A stretch of DNA of 64,000 nucleotides from Rebecca billardiae RCC1528 (taxonomy: Eukaryota; Protista; Haptophyta). The stretch covers positions 2,294,001 to 2,358,000 of the forward strand of contig OZ251232.1 of NCBI GenBank assembly GCA_965240325.2, given 5' to 3'. Shown here in pieces: positions 24,527-36,048 of this stretch. The notes under the pieces were generated by a model. It made no database searches. It worked only from the letters and a program-made list of their open reading frames with translations, and was not told the DNA's origin. Within the stretch, counting starts at the first letter, position 1; each line of letters begins with the position of its first letter. The translations under genes and the position numbers were made by a program.

Positions 24527-24824
24527 CGATTTTAACCGGCCACGACGGTCCAGACATTGCCATTGGGGCCATTGGGCACCATCCCGCACCAACGTTGGCC
24601 GCGCCGCCGGCCGCGCGTCCGGACGCCCGGACTCCGAACGCGGCTCAGCAGGCTGCCATGCAGTCGACCCGAGTCGTCACGGATTGCCAGCCCCAGCCAG
24701 TGGCAACACGGGCGCAACAGTCGCACGCTGATGGCTGCGCCGCGGCCGTGCACGCGCGCGCGCGCTCCGCGGCTCCGCGCGAGCCTCAGAAGACAGAAGA
24801 CAGACGCACAGACTCGGCCACTCG

Positions 24825-26428
24825 TCAAACTCGCGCGGGCGAGCGCTTGGGCGAGGCGCCGCGGCCGGACCCGGAGCCGCCGCCCTTGCTGCGGAACGAC
24901 TCGCCCCCGCGCGCCGTGCCGCGCGTCTCGCCGCGCGTCGTGCCGCGCGTCTTGCTGCGCGCGCTGAAGCTGCTCAGGCTCGCGCCGAGCGTCGAGCCGC
25001 GCGCCGAGCCCGCGACGGGCGGCGGGTCGGCGGTCTGCAGCTGCGGCGTGAAGCCGATCCGATGCGCGTATGCCCACAGGATCTGCGCGCCGGAGATGGT
25101 GAGTGAGAAGAGGCAGGCGAGCAGCGCGATGTCGGGGTCGAGCGACGGCCCCATCCGCTTCGCCACGTTCTGCGCGCCGCCCGGCTCGTGCACGAACTTC
25201 ACCGCCGCGAGGATCGAGTAGTGAATTCCGTTGACCGACATCCCGAGTACGCACGCGGCGAGCGCTCGGATCCCCGAGGTATTAAACGTCTCCATCCGCG
25301 TCATCTGGACGAGGATGAAGTTGGCGAGGGTGCTCGCGAGCACGTTCACGACGAACGCGACCACCGCGAACGCCGGGTCCACCTCGAACCGGAAGTCGCC
25401 CGCCATCGACAGGATCCCGAGGTACTGCGACGATGTGACGCACACGCACAGCGCCAACACCGACGTCGCGAACCGCGCGCCGCCAAATTTAGCAAGCTGC
25501 AGGTGGTACTTGGGCGGGAGGCAGGGCGGGGCGAAGGTCCAGTGCTCCTGGTTCACCTTGGTGCGCCGGGTCGAGCTCATCCGCACGAGCACCGGCGGCA
25601 GCCGCCCCGTCGCCGCCGAGCCCTGCCCGACCAGCGCCGAGTCGTTGAGGTTTGTCAGCGAGCCGAGGCGCGCGGACGCGTGCGCCGTCTTGGCCGCCGC
25701 GGCGAACGAGAGCCGCTGCGGCCGGCCCGGGGGCGTGGGCGGGACGGCGCCGTTGACGAGGGAGTTGCGCCGCTCGCGCTCGATGTCGATCATCGTGAGC
25801 ACCGTGCTCGAGTCGCCCATCGGCGGGATCGGGTCGATCGACATGCGAGCGCTCGGCCGGCGCGCGGGCGCGGCCGGAGGCGCGCCGCTGTCCGCCTTCA
25901 GCATGGAGCTGGGCATGACGAGCGTCATGGTGAGCGAGGCGAGGACGACGCCCGCGCCGAGGGAGAAGAGCATGAATGCCAGGCTGTACGACTTGGGCAC
26001 GGGCTCCCCGTCGCACGTCATCAGCGAGATCGCGCTCATCCCGACAAAGTTTTGGCACCACACGGACGCGCCGCCAAGCGAGAGGCCTGAGACGATCACG
26101 ACGCGCATCCACATCTTCCTAAAGTTGGGGTGGTTGTACGAGCGGATGGCGTGGCGCACGAGCACGAGCGCCACGAACGCGCCGAAGCACGACGTCACAT
26201 ACCCCACCACCTCGAAGATGCTGCGTGCCGCGGCCAGTCGATCGCGAGCGAGCGCAGCCCATGCCAGGCCATGGCGCGCGCGCGATGGACGCGCGCGCGG
26301 GCGCGCGCGGGAGAGAGGCATGCGTGAGCGGCAAGGCGGGGGCGATGGGCGCGCGCCGCGCGCGCCGCCGCCGGCGCGCACGTGTCGTATTCCCGCACGA
26401 GGAAGCGAGGGTCGCACGCCTCGGACAT
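24825..26428 (-). CDS. MHYT-domain-like multi-pass membrane protein (degenerate motifs)
   Basis: Exons 26428-26382 and 26220-24825. About 7 TM segments with MHYT-like spacing: GGASVWCQNFVGMSA, SSQYLGILSM, VNGIHYSILAA. Confidence 0.75.
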
Positions 26429-27011
26429 CGTGTCCTCTCGGCCGGCCGGGGGCCCTCAGTGCTGCTGAATTGCGCTGGGGCTTCACCGCGATTCTCAGCT
26501 CAAAGATTCCCGACCGTCACGGTTTGCGCCAGCCTGTTTACCCAGGCGAGATCTGAAGGCTCTCGCGACTCGCGCTTCGTCGGGCCGCAAACGAGATTGA
26601 TGAGTGGGCCAGAGCTGATGCCGTTCGCCCATCAAAAAGCGAGTGCGCCTCTGATGATTGCTAGTGGCTTTTGGGCAGCTTGAAAGAAAACTGGTTGAAT
26701 TGAGCGTGGAGATTCCATTTTGACGTCGCCGATGATTTGGCAAGCTGGAAAGCTTCCCTCGCGCTGACTCAGACTGAGTCGCGCAGGCGGCGGCGTCAGC
26801 ATGGCCGTCGAGGGCATTTCGTGCCTCAACGCCGCGCTTCTTCGAGCTTCGATCGGTGCTCGACGCGCGACGCCGCGCGCACAGCGCCGAGGGCTGTGCG
26901 CCGGCCCGCAGGCCGAGCGGGCGGCACTCATGCAAGCCGTTTGAGTACGGTACTCAAACGGCGCGAGGCGGGGCGCGGCGCGCCGGACGGTTCCGCAGAT
27001 GTGAGTGACTC

Positions 27012-29020
27012 TTAGCACATCTGGCTTGTGTCGAAGCCCGCCTCGCGCATGGCGGCGCGCGCCTCGTCCGTGTCGAGGTACTGCGCGAAGCGGTCCTCCC
27101 CGTTCGCGTCGCCGCGCTCGAGGATGTGCTCCTCGCCCGGAAGGCCCTTCCACGGCTGCGCGAGCGACACGTCGCAGTGCATGTCGCGCAGCGCGGCCTT
27201 CGCCTCGTCGTGCAGCTCAGCGGTGCGGCCCATCGCGTCGCGAAGCACCGCCTCGCCGCCTGCACGCGCGCGCGCGCGAAGGGAGACGCGCGCGCGCGTG
27301 AGCGCCCCGCGCGCTCCACGCTCCGACCCGCCCGCGCGCGGCCCACGCGCGCGCGTGCGCGCGGGAGCCCACCACCGGAGCGGCGCGCGCGGCCGCGCGG
27401 GCGGCGCACCGTGCTCCATGAACTGCGGCACGCACTCGGGGTAGCGGACTGCGAGGTTGCGCGCGGCAAGGCAGCCCTTCTTGATGAAGAGGACGTGCGC
27501 GGGCGCGGCGCGCATCGCCCCCATCAGCGCCTCGATCCCGCCCGCCTCGACGAAGGTCACGCAGTTCTCCGTGTGGCGCGTCGTGAGCATTGCGAGCAGC
27601 CCGGTGGTGGCCTCGAGCGCGGCGGGCGAGTCGGTGTGTCCGCCGAGCAGCGCGGCGCACAGCGCGGGCGCGCGCGCCTCGCACAGCCGCTGCTTCACGC
27701 CGTCGTTGCCCGCAAGGGCCGTCAGCAGCGCGGCCGCGGGCCTAAGCAGCGGGACTTCTTGCAGGTGTGCGTGCAGCAGCTTCACGCACTCCTCGAGCAC
27801 GCCGAGGTTCACCAGCTTCTCGCCTGCGCAGGAGGGGTGGGAGGGGCAGGCGGTCGCACGGTTGGACCGAGGGGTAGGGTTAGCGGCGCGCGCGCGCGCG
27901 CGGCAGCGGCGGGGGCGCGGCGGCGGCGACGGGCGATGTCGGCCGTGCGAGCGAGGCGGTGCGCGCGGCGCGCACAGATCCTGTTCGAGCACGCGAGCCG
28001 GGAGCACGTGAGCAGCACCGACGCCGCCGCCGGCGCGTCCCCCTCCGCCGCGAGCCGGCGCAGCAGCGCGGCGAGCAGCGGCAGCGCGCCCGCGTCCGCG
28101 GCGGCGCGCGCGCGCTCGAAGCCTTTGTTCAGCGCGACGCGCGCATCGTCCTGGAGGGTGAGCGCGCGCAGCGCGGCGCACGCCGCGAGGCACGCATCGG
28201 TCGAGCCGGCGTGCGCCTTGAGCACGCCCACCGCCGCGCCCACCAGCCCCACCTGCTCGCCGAGGATCGCGCGGTTCGCCTCGTGAACCAGCATGGCCGC
28301 CGCCGCGCACTTGAGCGCGGCCGCCTGCACGGCCGCGTCGGCCTCGTGCTCGGCCATGCACGCGCGCAGCGCGACGAGGCCGCGCACGCCGACGCGCTCC
28401 CGGTTCTCCGCGTCACTCACCGCCGCGCCCAGCGCGCCCAGCGCGGCGGGCAGCGCGGATGGCGTCGGTAGCATCGAGAGCGCTGCGGACGAGAGAAGGT
28501 CAACACCGTCGCGAGCGCCGAGCAGCGCGCGGCAGCCGCGGCCCTCGTCGCCCGGCGCCTCGCACGCGGCGCGGATGGCGTGCAGCGCCTCGACCACCTC
28601 CGCCTCGCCCGGCGCGTCCGCCGCCGAGCCCTCCTCCGCCACGGACGCGCCGAACGAAAACGCTTTGAACTTGAGCTTCATCGTCGACTTGGCGGCGCCC
28701 GCGCCGTACTCCAGCTCGCGGCTCTGCTCGAGGCCGGCGGCGGTGGCGGCGGCGAGGGTGGCGAGGCCGCGCACGACCGGGTGCGCGTCGCGCGCCGCGC
28801 TCGGCGCCGCCTTGAGCACGCTCGACAGGTCGATCCCCTGCGCCTCGAACTGCGCGATCGCGTCCGTCACCGCCTCCTCCTCCTCCATCTCGAGATCGAG
28901 AATGTTCTCACGCACGGCCTCGTCGAAGGTGTCCTGCGAGATGCGCGCCGCGCCCATCGGGATCACCTTCTTGTCGCCCGAGTGCACGCCCATGCTCGAC
29001 GGCGCCTTGAACCCCACCAT
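27012..29020 (-). CDS. ARMC6: Armadillo repeat-containing protein 6
   Basis: Exons 29020-27976, 27823-27410, 27259-27012. N-terminal RISQDTFDEAVRENI...AIAQFEAQGIDLS, internal LTLQDDARV, and C-terminal AKAALRDM..PWKG match ARMC6. Confidence 0.88.
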
Positions 29021-29243
29021 CTCGTCGCGCGCTTGCTGTGCAAGTGGGCCCCGCGCGCTGCTGCTGCCGCCGCCGGTGGGCGTTGGTGCGCCGAGCCCAG
29101 CCTAACCGCCGTGCGTCTTCAGACTTGCGCGTGGTTGGTGCACACTGCACAGCCTGTCCTGGGCTCCTGGCCTGTAGTGGCCGCCATCGCGCTTGGTCTT
29201 GGCGGGCGGCGTCCACGGCGGCCGGCCGCGCGCGCGCGGCGCG

Positions 29244-30152
29244 ATGGGCGGGCATGGCGGGCTCAACATCACGATGGAGAAGTCGTACGCGCCCTACTCG
29301 CGCAAGAACCGCCAGCGCGTCGAGCGCGACGAGGCGGAGGCGGCGCGGCAGGACGCGGCGGCCGCGCGCGCGAGCGCGGACGCGGCGGCGAGCGCGCGTG
29401 TCGAGCAGCTGCGCGCGGCCGCGGCGGGCTCGCGGCGCGGCGGCGGCGGCGGCGCGGCGGGCGGGGAGCAGCCGGCCGCGCCTTCGTCCGCGCCCAGGCA
29501 GCACGTCAACCTCTTCGCCGACGAGGAGGCCGCGCTCGCCAACGCGGAGGCGGCGCGCGAGCGCGCGGCGGCCGAGGCCAAAGCGGTCGCCCGGCTCATG
29601 CCGGACCTCCAGCTCGGCCGGAGCGCGACGGAGCCCGCGCCGTGGTGGGCGGCACGGCCGAGCGTGGTCTCCAACACGCTCGCCGGCCGCGCGCCGCCGC
29701 CGCCGCAGCCGCCGCCGCAGCCGCGCGCCGCGCCCGCCGCCGCGCCCGCCGCGCCGCCGCCGGCCGCGCGTCCGCCGGCCGCGCCGGCCGGCGCTGCTGA
29801 CTCGCGCGACGAGCGACGGAGCGCCAAGCACGCGCGCAAGGAGCGGCGCAGGCGGCGGGAGCGCGACGCCTCACCGAGCGCGTCGAGCTCGAGCGGCTCG
29901 AGTGACACCGACGCCGACGCCGAGCGCACGCGGCGCCGCCGCCGGCGCCAGCGCTCACAGGCGGAGGCGGTGGCCAAGGCGGAGCGGCGCGCGGCGCGCG
30001 CCGAGCGGCGCCAGCACGGTCGCAGCGGCCGCGCTGCCGCCGCCCGGCCGGACGCGGCGGAGATGGCCGCGATGCGCGCCGAGCGGCTGGCGCGCGAGCT
30101 GGCCGAGCGCGAGCGCGAGTGGCGGCTCCGGCAGCGGCACGGGGCCGGCTGA
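29244..30152 (+). CDS. LENG1: LENG1-like protein (CIR N-terminal domain; splicing-associated)
   Basis: MGGHGGLNI...NRQRVERDE start, HVNLF motif, PWW, C-terminal MRAERLARE. Confidence 0.75.
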   Translation: MGGHGGLNITMEKSYAPYSRKNRQRVERDEAEAARQDAAAARASADAAASARVEQLRAAAAGSRRGGGGGAAGGEQPAAPSSAPRQHVNLFADEEAALANAEAARERAAAEAKAVARLMPDLQLGRSATEPAPWWAARPSVVSNTLAGRAPPPPQPPPQPRAAPAAAPAAPPPAARPPAAPAGAADSRDERRSAKHARKERRRRRERDASPSASSSSGSSDTDADAERTRRRRRRQRSQAEAVAKAERRAARAERRQHGRSGRAAAARPDAAEMAAMRAERLARELAEREREWRLRQRHGAG

Positions 30153-30849
30153 ATAAGTTATTAAATGAATCAGTACTGAATATCTCGGACGCCTCACCGC
30201 AGTGCGGTCTGCCCATTGGCCATTGCCATTGGCGTGACGTCATCGGCGTTACGACTGGGTGGGACGCTCCGCGGCGATGACGTGCCACGCCGCACGCTGC
30301 GCGCCCGGGCCGCGCCGAAGCCGCGCGCATCCGGGCCAGTGACGCCGCAACCTGCGGGCCGCCGCTGCGTCACATCCGTGAGCCGAACGGCGCCGTCAGC
30401 GCGCGTGCGAAACCGCTAAGCAGTTGATGCTGCTTCGTCCATTCATCGGACGACGACAGGCTCTCGGGTCGTCTATATAATTTGCTGTGCCGACGTGAGT
30501 CCGGGCGGGGCCGTTACACGTACTCGTCATCACACCCGTCGGTACTAAGTACTCAGGTATAGACGACGACGGTAGCTGAGTTCTAGCGATCGAGTAGCGC
30601 TGAGCGGTAGGGCCGTCACCGACTCACTGTCAGCCTTATTGTTCGCGCAGGTAACGACACTGAGGAATCGCAGCTCCACAGGGCGCGCCGCGCGACACTC
30701 ACTCACTGTCTGACTCGGACATCTGAACTCCAGGGACTCACTTACATCCGTGGCATCAGCAGCTGATGCCATGGCGGCGGGGGTCCACCGTTGGTTGCCG
30801 ACGATGATTTGAAGCTGCGGTCTCCTCTCGGCGGCGGCGCGCCCGCTCA

Positions 30850-31542
30850 TCACGCGCGGCCACTCGCGCGGCCGATTGCGCGCGGCATCCGCCACGGCGC
30901 CGTCGACTCAGACTGCGCCGGCTGGGCCTGGGAGTGGGACGTCGGCTGCGACGGCACGCCCTCGACGACGGGCTCGCACGCGATGGCCGAGGTGTTCCGC
31001 CGCCGGCCGAGGCCCGCGAGCGCACCCATCCTCTCCGCCCCCGCCCCGGCGCCCGAGTTGCGCTCGTTCCCGCGCAGCGACGGTCCGGAGGACGTGTGGC
31101 GACGGCCGCGGAAAAGCCTGGAGATGGAGATCTGGGAGATTGCAATCTCGCCGGCCGACCCGTCCTGCGGCGGCTCCGGCGGCGTGCCCTGCAGCGGCGG
31201 GTGGGTGGCCGACACGCGCGACTTGCGCTCGTTCTCCGCCGCGGCGGTGCCGCCGCCGTTCGCGCCGGGCTTGGGCAGCTGCAGCGGCTTGGACGACGAC
31301 GGCGCGACACCGCGGCCGCCGTAGTCGGCAAACGACTGCGGCCGCGCGCGCCGCGGCTTGCGCTCCGGCGTGTTCCGTGGCGTGGGCAGCTTGGCGGGCG
31401 GGCCGGTGGGGCCGATGTTCTCGCTGTCCGAGTCCGCCATCGTGCCGGGCTTCTCCTCCTCCACGAGGAGCTCGCCCGACTCGGTGACGGCGGGGCCGGA
31501 TGTCGACGCGCGCGCTGCGCGCGAAGGCGCCGGGTCGCCCAT
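30850..31542 (-). CDS. Unknown disordered protein, tandem paralogue 1 (possibly 5'-truncated or pseudogene)
   Basis: Shares GPAVTESGELLVEEEKPG, KLPTPRNTPERKPRR and QSFADYGGRG..KPLQLPKPGANGGG with 33809-34789. Homology extends upstream of the first in-frame ATG (31542). Confidence 0.55.
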   Translation of the reverse strand: MGDPAPSRAARASTSGPAVTESGELLVEEEKPGTMADSDSENIGPTGPPAKLPTPRNTPERKPRRARPQSFADYGGRGVAPSSSKPLQLPKPGANGGGTAAAENERKSRVSATHPPLQGTPPEPPQDGSAGEIAISQISISRLFRGRRHTSSGPSLRGNERNSGAGAGAERMGALAGLGRRRNTSAIACEPVVEGVPSQPTSHSQAQPAQSESTAPWRMPRAIGRASGRA

Positions 31543-31903
31543 CGTTGCGCCGCGGTGGCTGCCGGGGCTCTGGTCTTTGGCGTGCCACTGCGTGCGCCGC
31601 ACGCTAAACTCGGGCGCGCTGCCCGTGGGTGGGAGCAGCTCGGCGCGCGTCGCGGCCGCGTCGACCGAGCGGGATAGATGTTCGGCGGGCCGTCCGGGGA
31701 CACGCTGCCCGTTGGCCGTTTGTACGGTCGATCAGGCAGTTCAGGCTGTTAAAAGCCGCGCTCGTGGTCATGTTGGCTCAGTAAATACAGTCCAGAGTCA
31801 GAAACCGAGTTCGAGGTCTGAGTGAGGGCAACCAGAGTACGTAGTCTGTTTCACCGCCTCGCCGTTTACTGACGGAAAGTAAGCGGAGGTTACGCAGCAC
31901 ATA

Positions 31904-32536
31904 CAGGGGGGTCCAGATGGTGGGCCCCACTTTGGCGGTGGCTGGCCAGGTAGTGCGGCACGTCCGTGCCTCTGGACGGGCATTGAGCGGTGGCGAGGTC
32001 GCCAAATGGCGTGGCGTGGTCCCAGACAAGGTTGTTACTAGTCCTGATCAGCTTGCTAGCCATGCCGGTCGTTGATCACCCTGCCGTTGACAGGCGCGCA
32101 CACGCTAAACGTATTCGCACGGCAGCCGTGTCGGACGGCGGTCGCACGACTACCGCGCAGCCAACCTTGCTCGTCCGATCCACGGCTTGTAGGGTCAGAT
32201 GGACCATTGCCAGGCATGCACCGTCGCAATGCATGCTCCAGAGGGCAGTATGACCGCCAGAACGGTGATCCTGGCCGCTACCTGCCCATCCTTCTCATGC
32301 GCAACCTCACCGGCGCGCCGGTCGTACGGGGTCGTGGACGTGGACGTGAGAGTGGTCGAAAAGTCGGAAGGGAAGCTGTCACTCACGCACACGCGCTCGT
32401 ACGGCGACGCCGACCTGCCTACGCCACGCCCCAGTGACCGGGCCGTGGCGCTGGGGCCTTAGATCGCGTTGGGACGGGCATTCACGCCCGCCATGGCTTC
32501 CCTTCCGAAGTGGGAAACTTCATCTGGCCCCCCCTG
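31904..32536. mobile_element. Tc1/mariner-type non-autonomous element (633 bp)
   Basis: TA|CAGGGGGGTCCAGATG...CATCTGGCCCCCCCTG|TA; outer 16 bp match 15/16, 25/32 over 32 bp. Confidence 0.85.
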
Positions 32537-32538
32537 TA

Positions 32539-33231
32539 CAGGTGGGTGAGGGCAGAATGAGACAAAATCCCGGATCGTGTTTTGCGCTCCGCCACGATGG
32601 CGCTCACGCCCTTCGCGCACGTCGTCGTGGAGGGCATCAGACGAAGAGTTCAAGCTGCGAGTCTCGTGGGCTAACTCCATGCCGTTGAGGAGCACGAGCA
32701 CCATCAAGTTTGTCTCACTTTGGGGGGGGGGAGGGCACTTTGAGACAAACCGCGTGCGCACGCCCGACGAGCTCACCAACTGGGGAGAGCAGGCTTCCCA
32801 TGGGCTCTTGGCGCGTGTCTGACGTCCCTACTACCTCCCATGGCATGGCCAGCCGTCAGGTTGGCGTCCCCTTGCAGTAGTAGACTACCTTGCTCTCGTC
32901 ACTGAAGGGCACCGTGCATCGCGGTTCGCGAGCGTCTCACAGTGGCGGGGCACATTCCACGGCTACGTTTGGTGCGTGCAGGCCAGGCATGGGCAGCGGA
33001 GCGGCCGGCAAACGAGCGGAGGTGCCAGGCATGCACCTTGGGCACACATGTGACGCGCCTCGACAGACTTGCGTCCACCTCACCGGGCGCTGTAGCGCGT
33101 GCGAGGCGGGCGCCATGCACCACGCCCAGTGGGCGCCACTGGCACTGGTGACTGGGCCGCCACTGTGTCTGTGACTGGGCCGCCGCCTTGTCTCAAAGTG
33201 CCCTCTGTCTCATTCTGCCCTCATCGACCTG
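32539..33231. mobile_element. Tc1/mariner-type non-autonomous element (693 bp)
   Basis: TA|CAGGTGGGTGAGGGCAGAATGAGACA...TGTCTCATTCTGCCCTCATCGACCTG|TA (24/26). Internal inverted pair GAGGGCACTTTGAGACAA (32731-32748) and TTGTCTCAAAGTGCCCTC (33188-33205). Confidence 0.88.
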
Positions 33232-33808
33232 TAGCACTCTAGTGCGTAGCTCTTATTGGCTAGTAGTAATGGCGACAGTCAGCTCGTTGTGTATTTGAAA
33301 TGCATGACACATAGTCAGCACCAGACCGCCGTCGACGGTCGAAGCAGCCGCGGCAGGCTCCGTCCGACGGGGCGAGACGCGAGTCGGCGCCGGGCCCGCG
33401 CCACGGCGCCAACCGGCCCGAACCGGCCCGTCTCGGAGGCTCGCGCCGGCGGCCTGCGGCGCGGAGCCGCGCCGAGCGGGCGCTGCCGCTGGCTCGGCAT
33501 GTTGCGCCATCGGCGGTGCGGCGGTGTGTGGACTGTACAGCAGCGGACCGGATGGGTCCCCGGAGGCGTCACGGGGGCCGCCGCTCACGCATCATGGGCG
33601 GCACGTCAGTGGATGGAGTGAGTGCCGGACGGTCCGGAGGAACTACTCGATCTCACGGATATTATGGTGATTGGTGCGCTCGCCTCGAGCGGCGGTGGCA
33701 GCGCGCCTGCGCCTCGGCGGTTCGGCTGAGTGGACGGCGCGGCGCGCGGGTGGCGGCGGTGGTGGGTACACCGCTGTCCGGCCGGGCCGGCGCGGCCGCT
33801 CGCTCACC

Positions 33809-34789
33809 TCACACGCGGCCGGTCGCGCGCCACGGCGCCGGCGAGCCCGGCTGCGCTGTCGGCAGCGTCGGCTGCGATGGCACGCCCTCGATGACGGGCT
33901 CGCACGAGTTGGTCGAGGTGTTCCTCCGGCGGCCGAGGCCCGCGAGCGCGCCCATCACCCCCGAGCCGTGCGGCGCCGACCCCGCATCCGCGCCCGCGCC
34001 GCCCGCGCCGCTGTTCTGTCCGGTGCCGGAGTGGCGGTCGTGCCGGTGGAGCACGGCCTCGAGAGACGGGCCGGCGGTGTGGTGCCGCCGGCGGAAGAGG
34101 CGGTTGATCATGCCGGGCGAGGTGTCCTCCGGCTGCTCGGGCGGGGTGTGGGAGGCCGAGGCGCGCGACTTGCGCTCGTTCTCCGCCGCGGCGGTGCCGC
34201 CGCCGTTCGCGCCGGGCTTGGGCAGCTGCAGCGGCTTGGACGACGACTCGCCGGCGCCGCGGCCGCCGTAGTCGGCAAACGACTGCGCGCGCACGCGCCG
34301 CGGCTTGCGCTCCGGCGTGTTGCGCGGCGTGGGCAGCTTGGCCGGCTTCGCCACGGGCCCAGGGTCGTCGCCGTCCGAGTCCCACCCCTTGCCGGGCTTC
34401 TCCTCCTCCACGAGGAGCTCGCCCGACTCGGTGACGGCGGGGCCGGCCGTCGACGAGCGCGCGCCGAGCCGCGGCACGATCGACGGCACCGGGTCGCCCG
34501 TCGTCGCGCCGCGTTGCCTTTCGAGGCGGCTGCCGATGCCCGTGTCGGTGGCGTGCCGCTGCTTGCGCCGCACGCCCAGCTCGAGCATGGAGTGGTTCAC
34601 GCCAGCCGGCGCCTCCTGCGCCTTGAGATTGCGCCGGTTGCTCTCGGGCGAGCTCTTCGGCGCCGGCGTGCGCGCGGGCGTCTTCCCCGACTTGGCGCCG
34701 ATGGGCGCGTCGGTCGCGAGCTCGCCCGCGCCGTACGTGCGGCGAATCGCCGGGGCCGCGGGCTCGGGCGGCGCGTCGTCCGCGGTCAT
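33809..34789 (-). CDS. Unknown disordered protein, tandem paralogue 2
   Basis: Open frame from the ATG at 34789; reading frame conserved with paralogue 1 across indels. Confidence 0.65.
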   Translation of the reverse strand: MTADDAPPEPAAPAIRRTYGAGELATDAPIGAKSGKTPARTPAPKSSPESNRRNLKAQEAPAGVNHSMLELGVRRKQRHATDTGIGSRLERQRGATTGDPVPSIVPRLGARSSTAGPAVTESGELLVEEEKPGKGWDSDGDDPGPVAKPAKLPTPRNTPERKPRRVRAQSFADYGGRGAGESSSKPLQLPKPGANGGGTAAAENERKSRASASHTPPEQPEDTSPGMINRLFRRRHHTAGPSLEAVLHRHDRHSGTGQNSGAGGAGADAGSAPHGSGVMGALAGLGRRRNTSTNSCEPVIEGVPSQPTLPTAQPGSPAPWRATGRV

Positions 34790-35021
34790 TTGTCTGTGCG
34801 GCAAGGCGCGCGCGCGGCCGTGGCGGGAGGGCCGTCCTCAGTCCTCGCTGTGAAGGCCTGGCTGGCCGAACGGGCCGGAGCAAAGGCGGGCGCGGGTCGG
34901 CGCGTGAGCGTGATTGGGCACTTGCCTTGACGAAACTCGACCTGGCCGCGCTTTGATGACTTGTGGGTAATCCAGTTGGTCGCCGAAACTGTAATGAGAG
35001 CTCTTGCTGCGCCCAACGATG

Positions 35022-35864
35022 CTGGCTAGTTCAGACCCGCCGCTCCTTTTGGGAGGCCGCTCCGCGGCCCCGCGGAGCGGCTAGCGATATCCAGTGGAAA
35101 AGCGTTTCGGTCTTCCCGTGCGTGAAATCCGGATTCGCGGAGTTCAGACCGCGTTGAACCTGATTTGCAGGCGGTTTGCCGTGTTCGCCGTCATGCTGGC
35201 AGGCATGCTGCCCGTGCCCATCGCGCCGCGCAGATCGCCGGTACCGCCCGCCCAGATTGTTGGCTGGTGGTGCAGCGCGGTGCGGCGTGGCACATGATAT
35301 CTTTGGGTCTCATCCGACGGCGATAAGGGCCGCCCACCCCGCCCTGCTCCACGTGTACGTGCACACGGACACAAGGTAGAACGGGCCATGGAACAGTGTG
35401 ACACGTGTGGCCCAAAAAGAGGGCTGGCCCCTCCGCGCTCGCACACGGGTAGCCACTCAGCTCACGGTACACATTGTCCCCCGCCATGCCAGCCACTCAA
35501 AAGTGTTGCCCTCGAAGGTTTTGCGAGGTGCCCGGCCACGCGTACGCGCGGTGCCCCACAGACCGCACTCTTGGAACAGAAGCAGTGCGCGGCGAGCGCG
35601 AAGGGGGGGAGAGCACCGCTTACCAGGTGGAGGCGCGGGTGAAGACGGTTTCGCGTCCATCCGACTCGCGCGAGGGCCGCGCGCGCGACATCTGACGCGC
35701 TATAGCCGCGAGCGCGACGGCGGGTCGGCACAAGGGCGGGCGCCACGCCGAGGCCCTCGTGGCCGGATCTCCTTTCAGGCCCTTGCTGGACTTTCCCAGC
35801 CGCTCCGCACGGAGCAATTTATTGTTCGTGGGTACCACGAAACGGCTGGGTCTGAACCAGCCAG
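35022..35864. mobile_element. Non-autonomous TIR element with 9-bp TSD (843 bp; MULE-like TSD length)
   Basis: TIRs CTGGCTAGTTCAGACCC / GGGTCTGAACCAGCCAG (16/17). TSD CCAACGATG at 35013-35021 and 35865-35873 (7 bp if the TIRs are extended by one base). Confidence 0.85.
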
Positions 35865-36048
35865 CCAACGATGCGGCCGGACGCTGATTCGCTAACCGAG
35901 GATAATACGTGAGTAGTGAGTAAAATGTGAGTAGTGAGTAAAACGACCGGACCGAAGGCCCGGACGGTGCCGTGCGCAGGCGCGCAGCTCGACACTACCG
36001 GAGTACCAGTAGTGGACAGCGATGGCGACTGTCAGCTGCGACAGGGCG

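Noticed and set aside
35909-35943. 18-bp tandem duplication GTGAGTAGTGAGTAAAA(T)
   Set aside because: Simple local slippage in a 3' flank; no further structure
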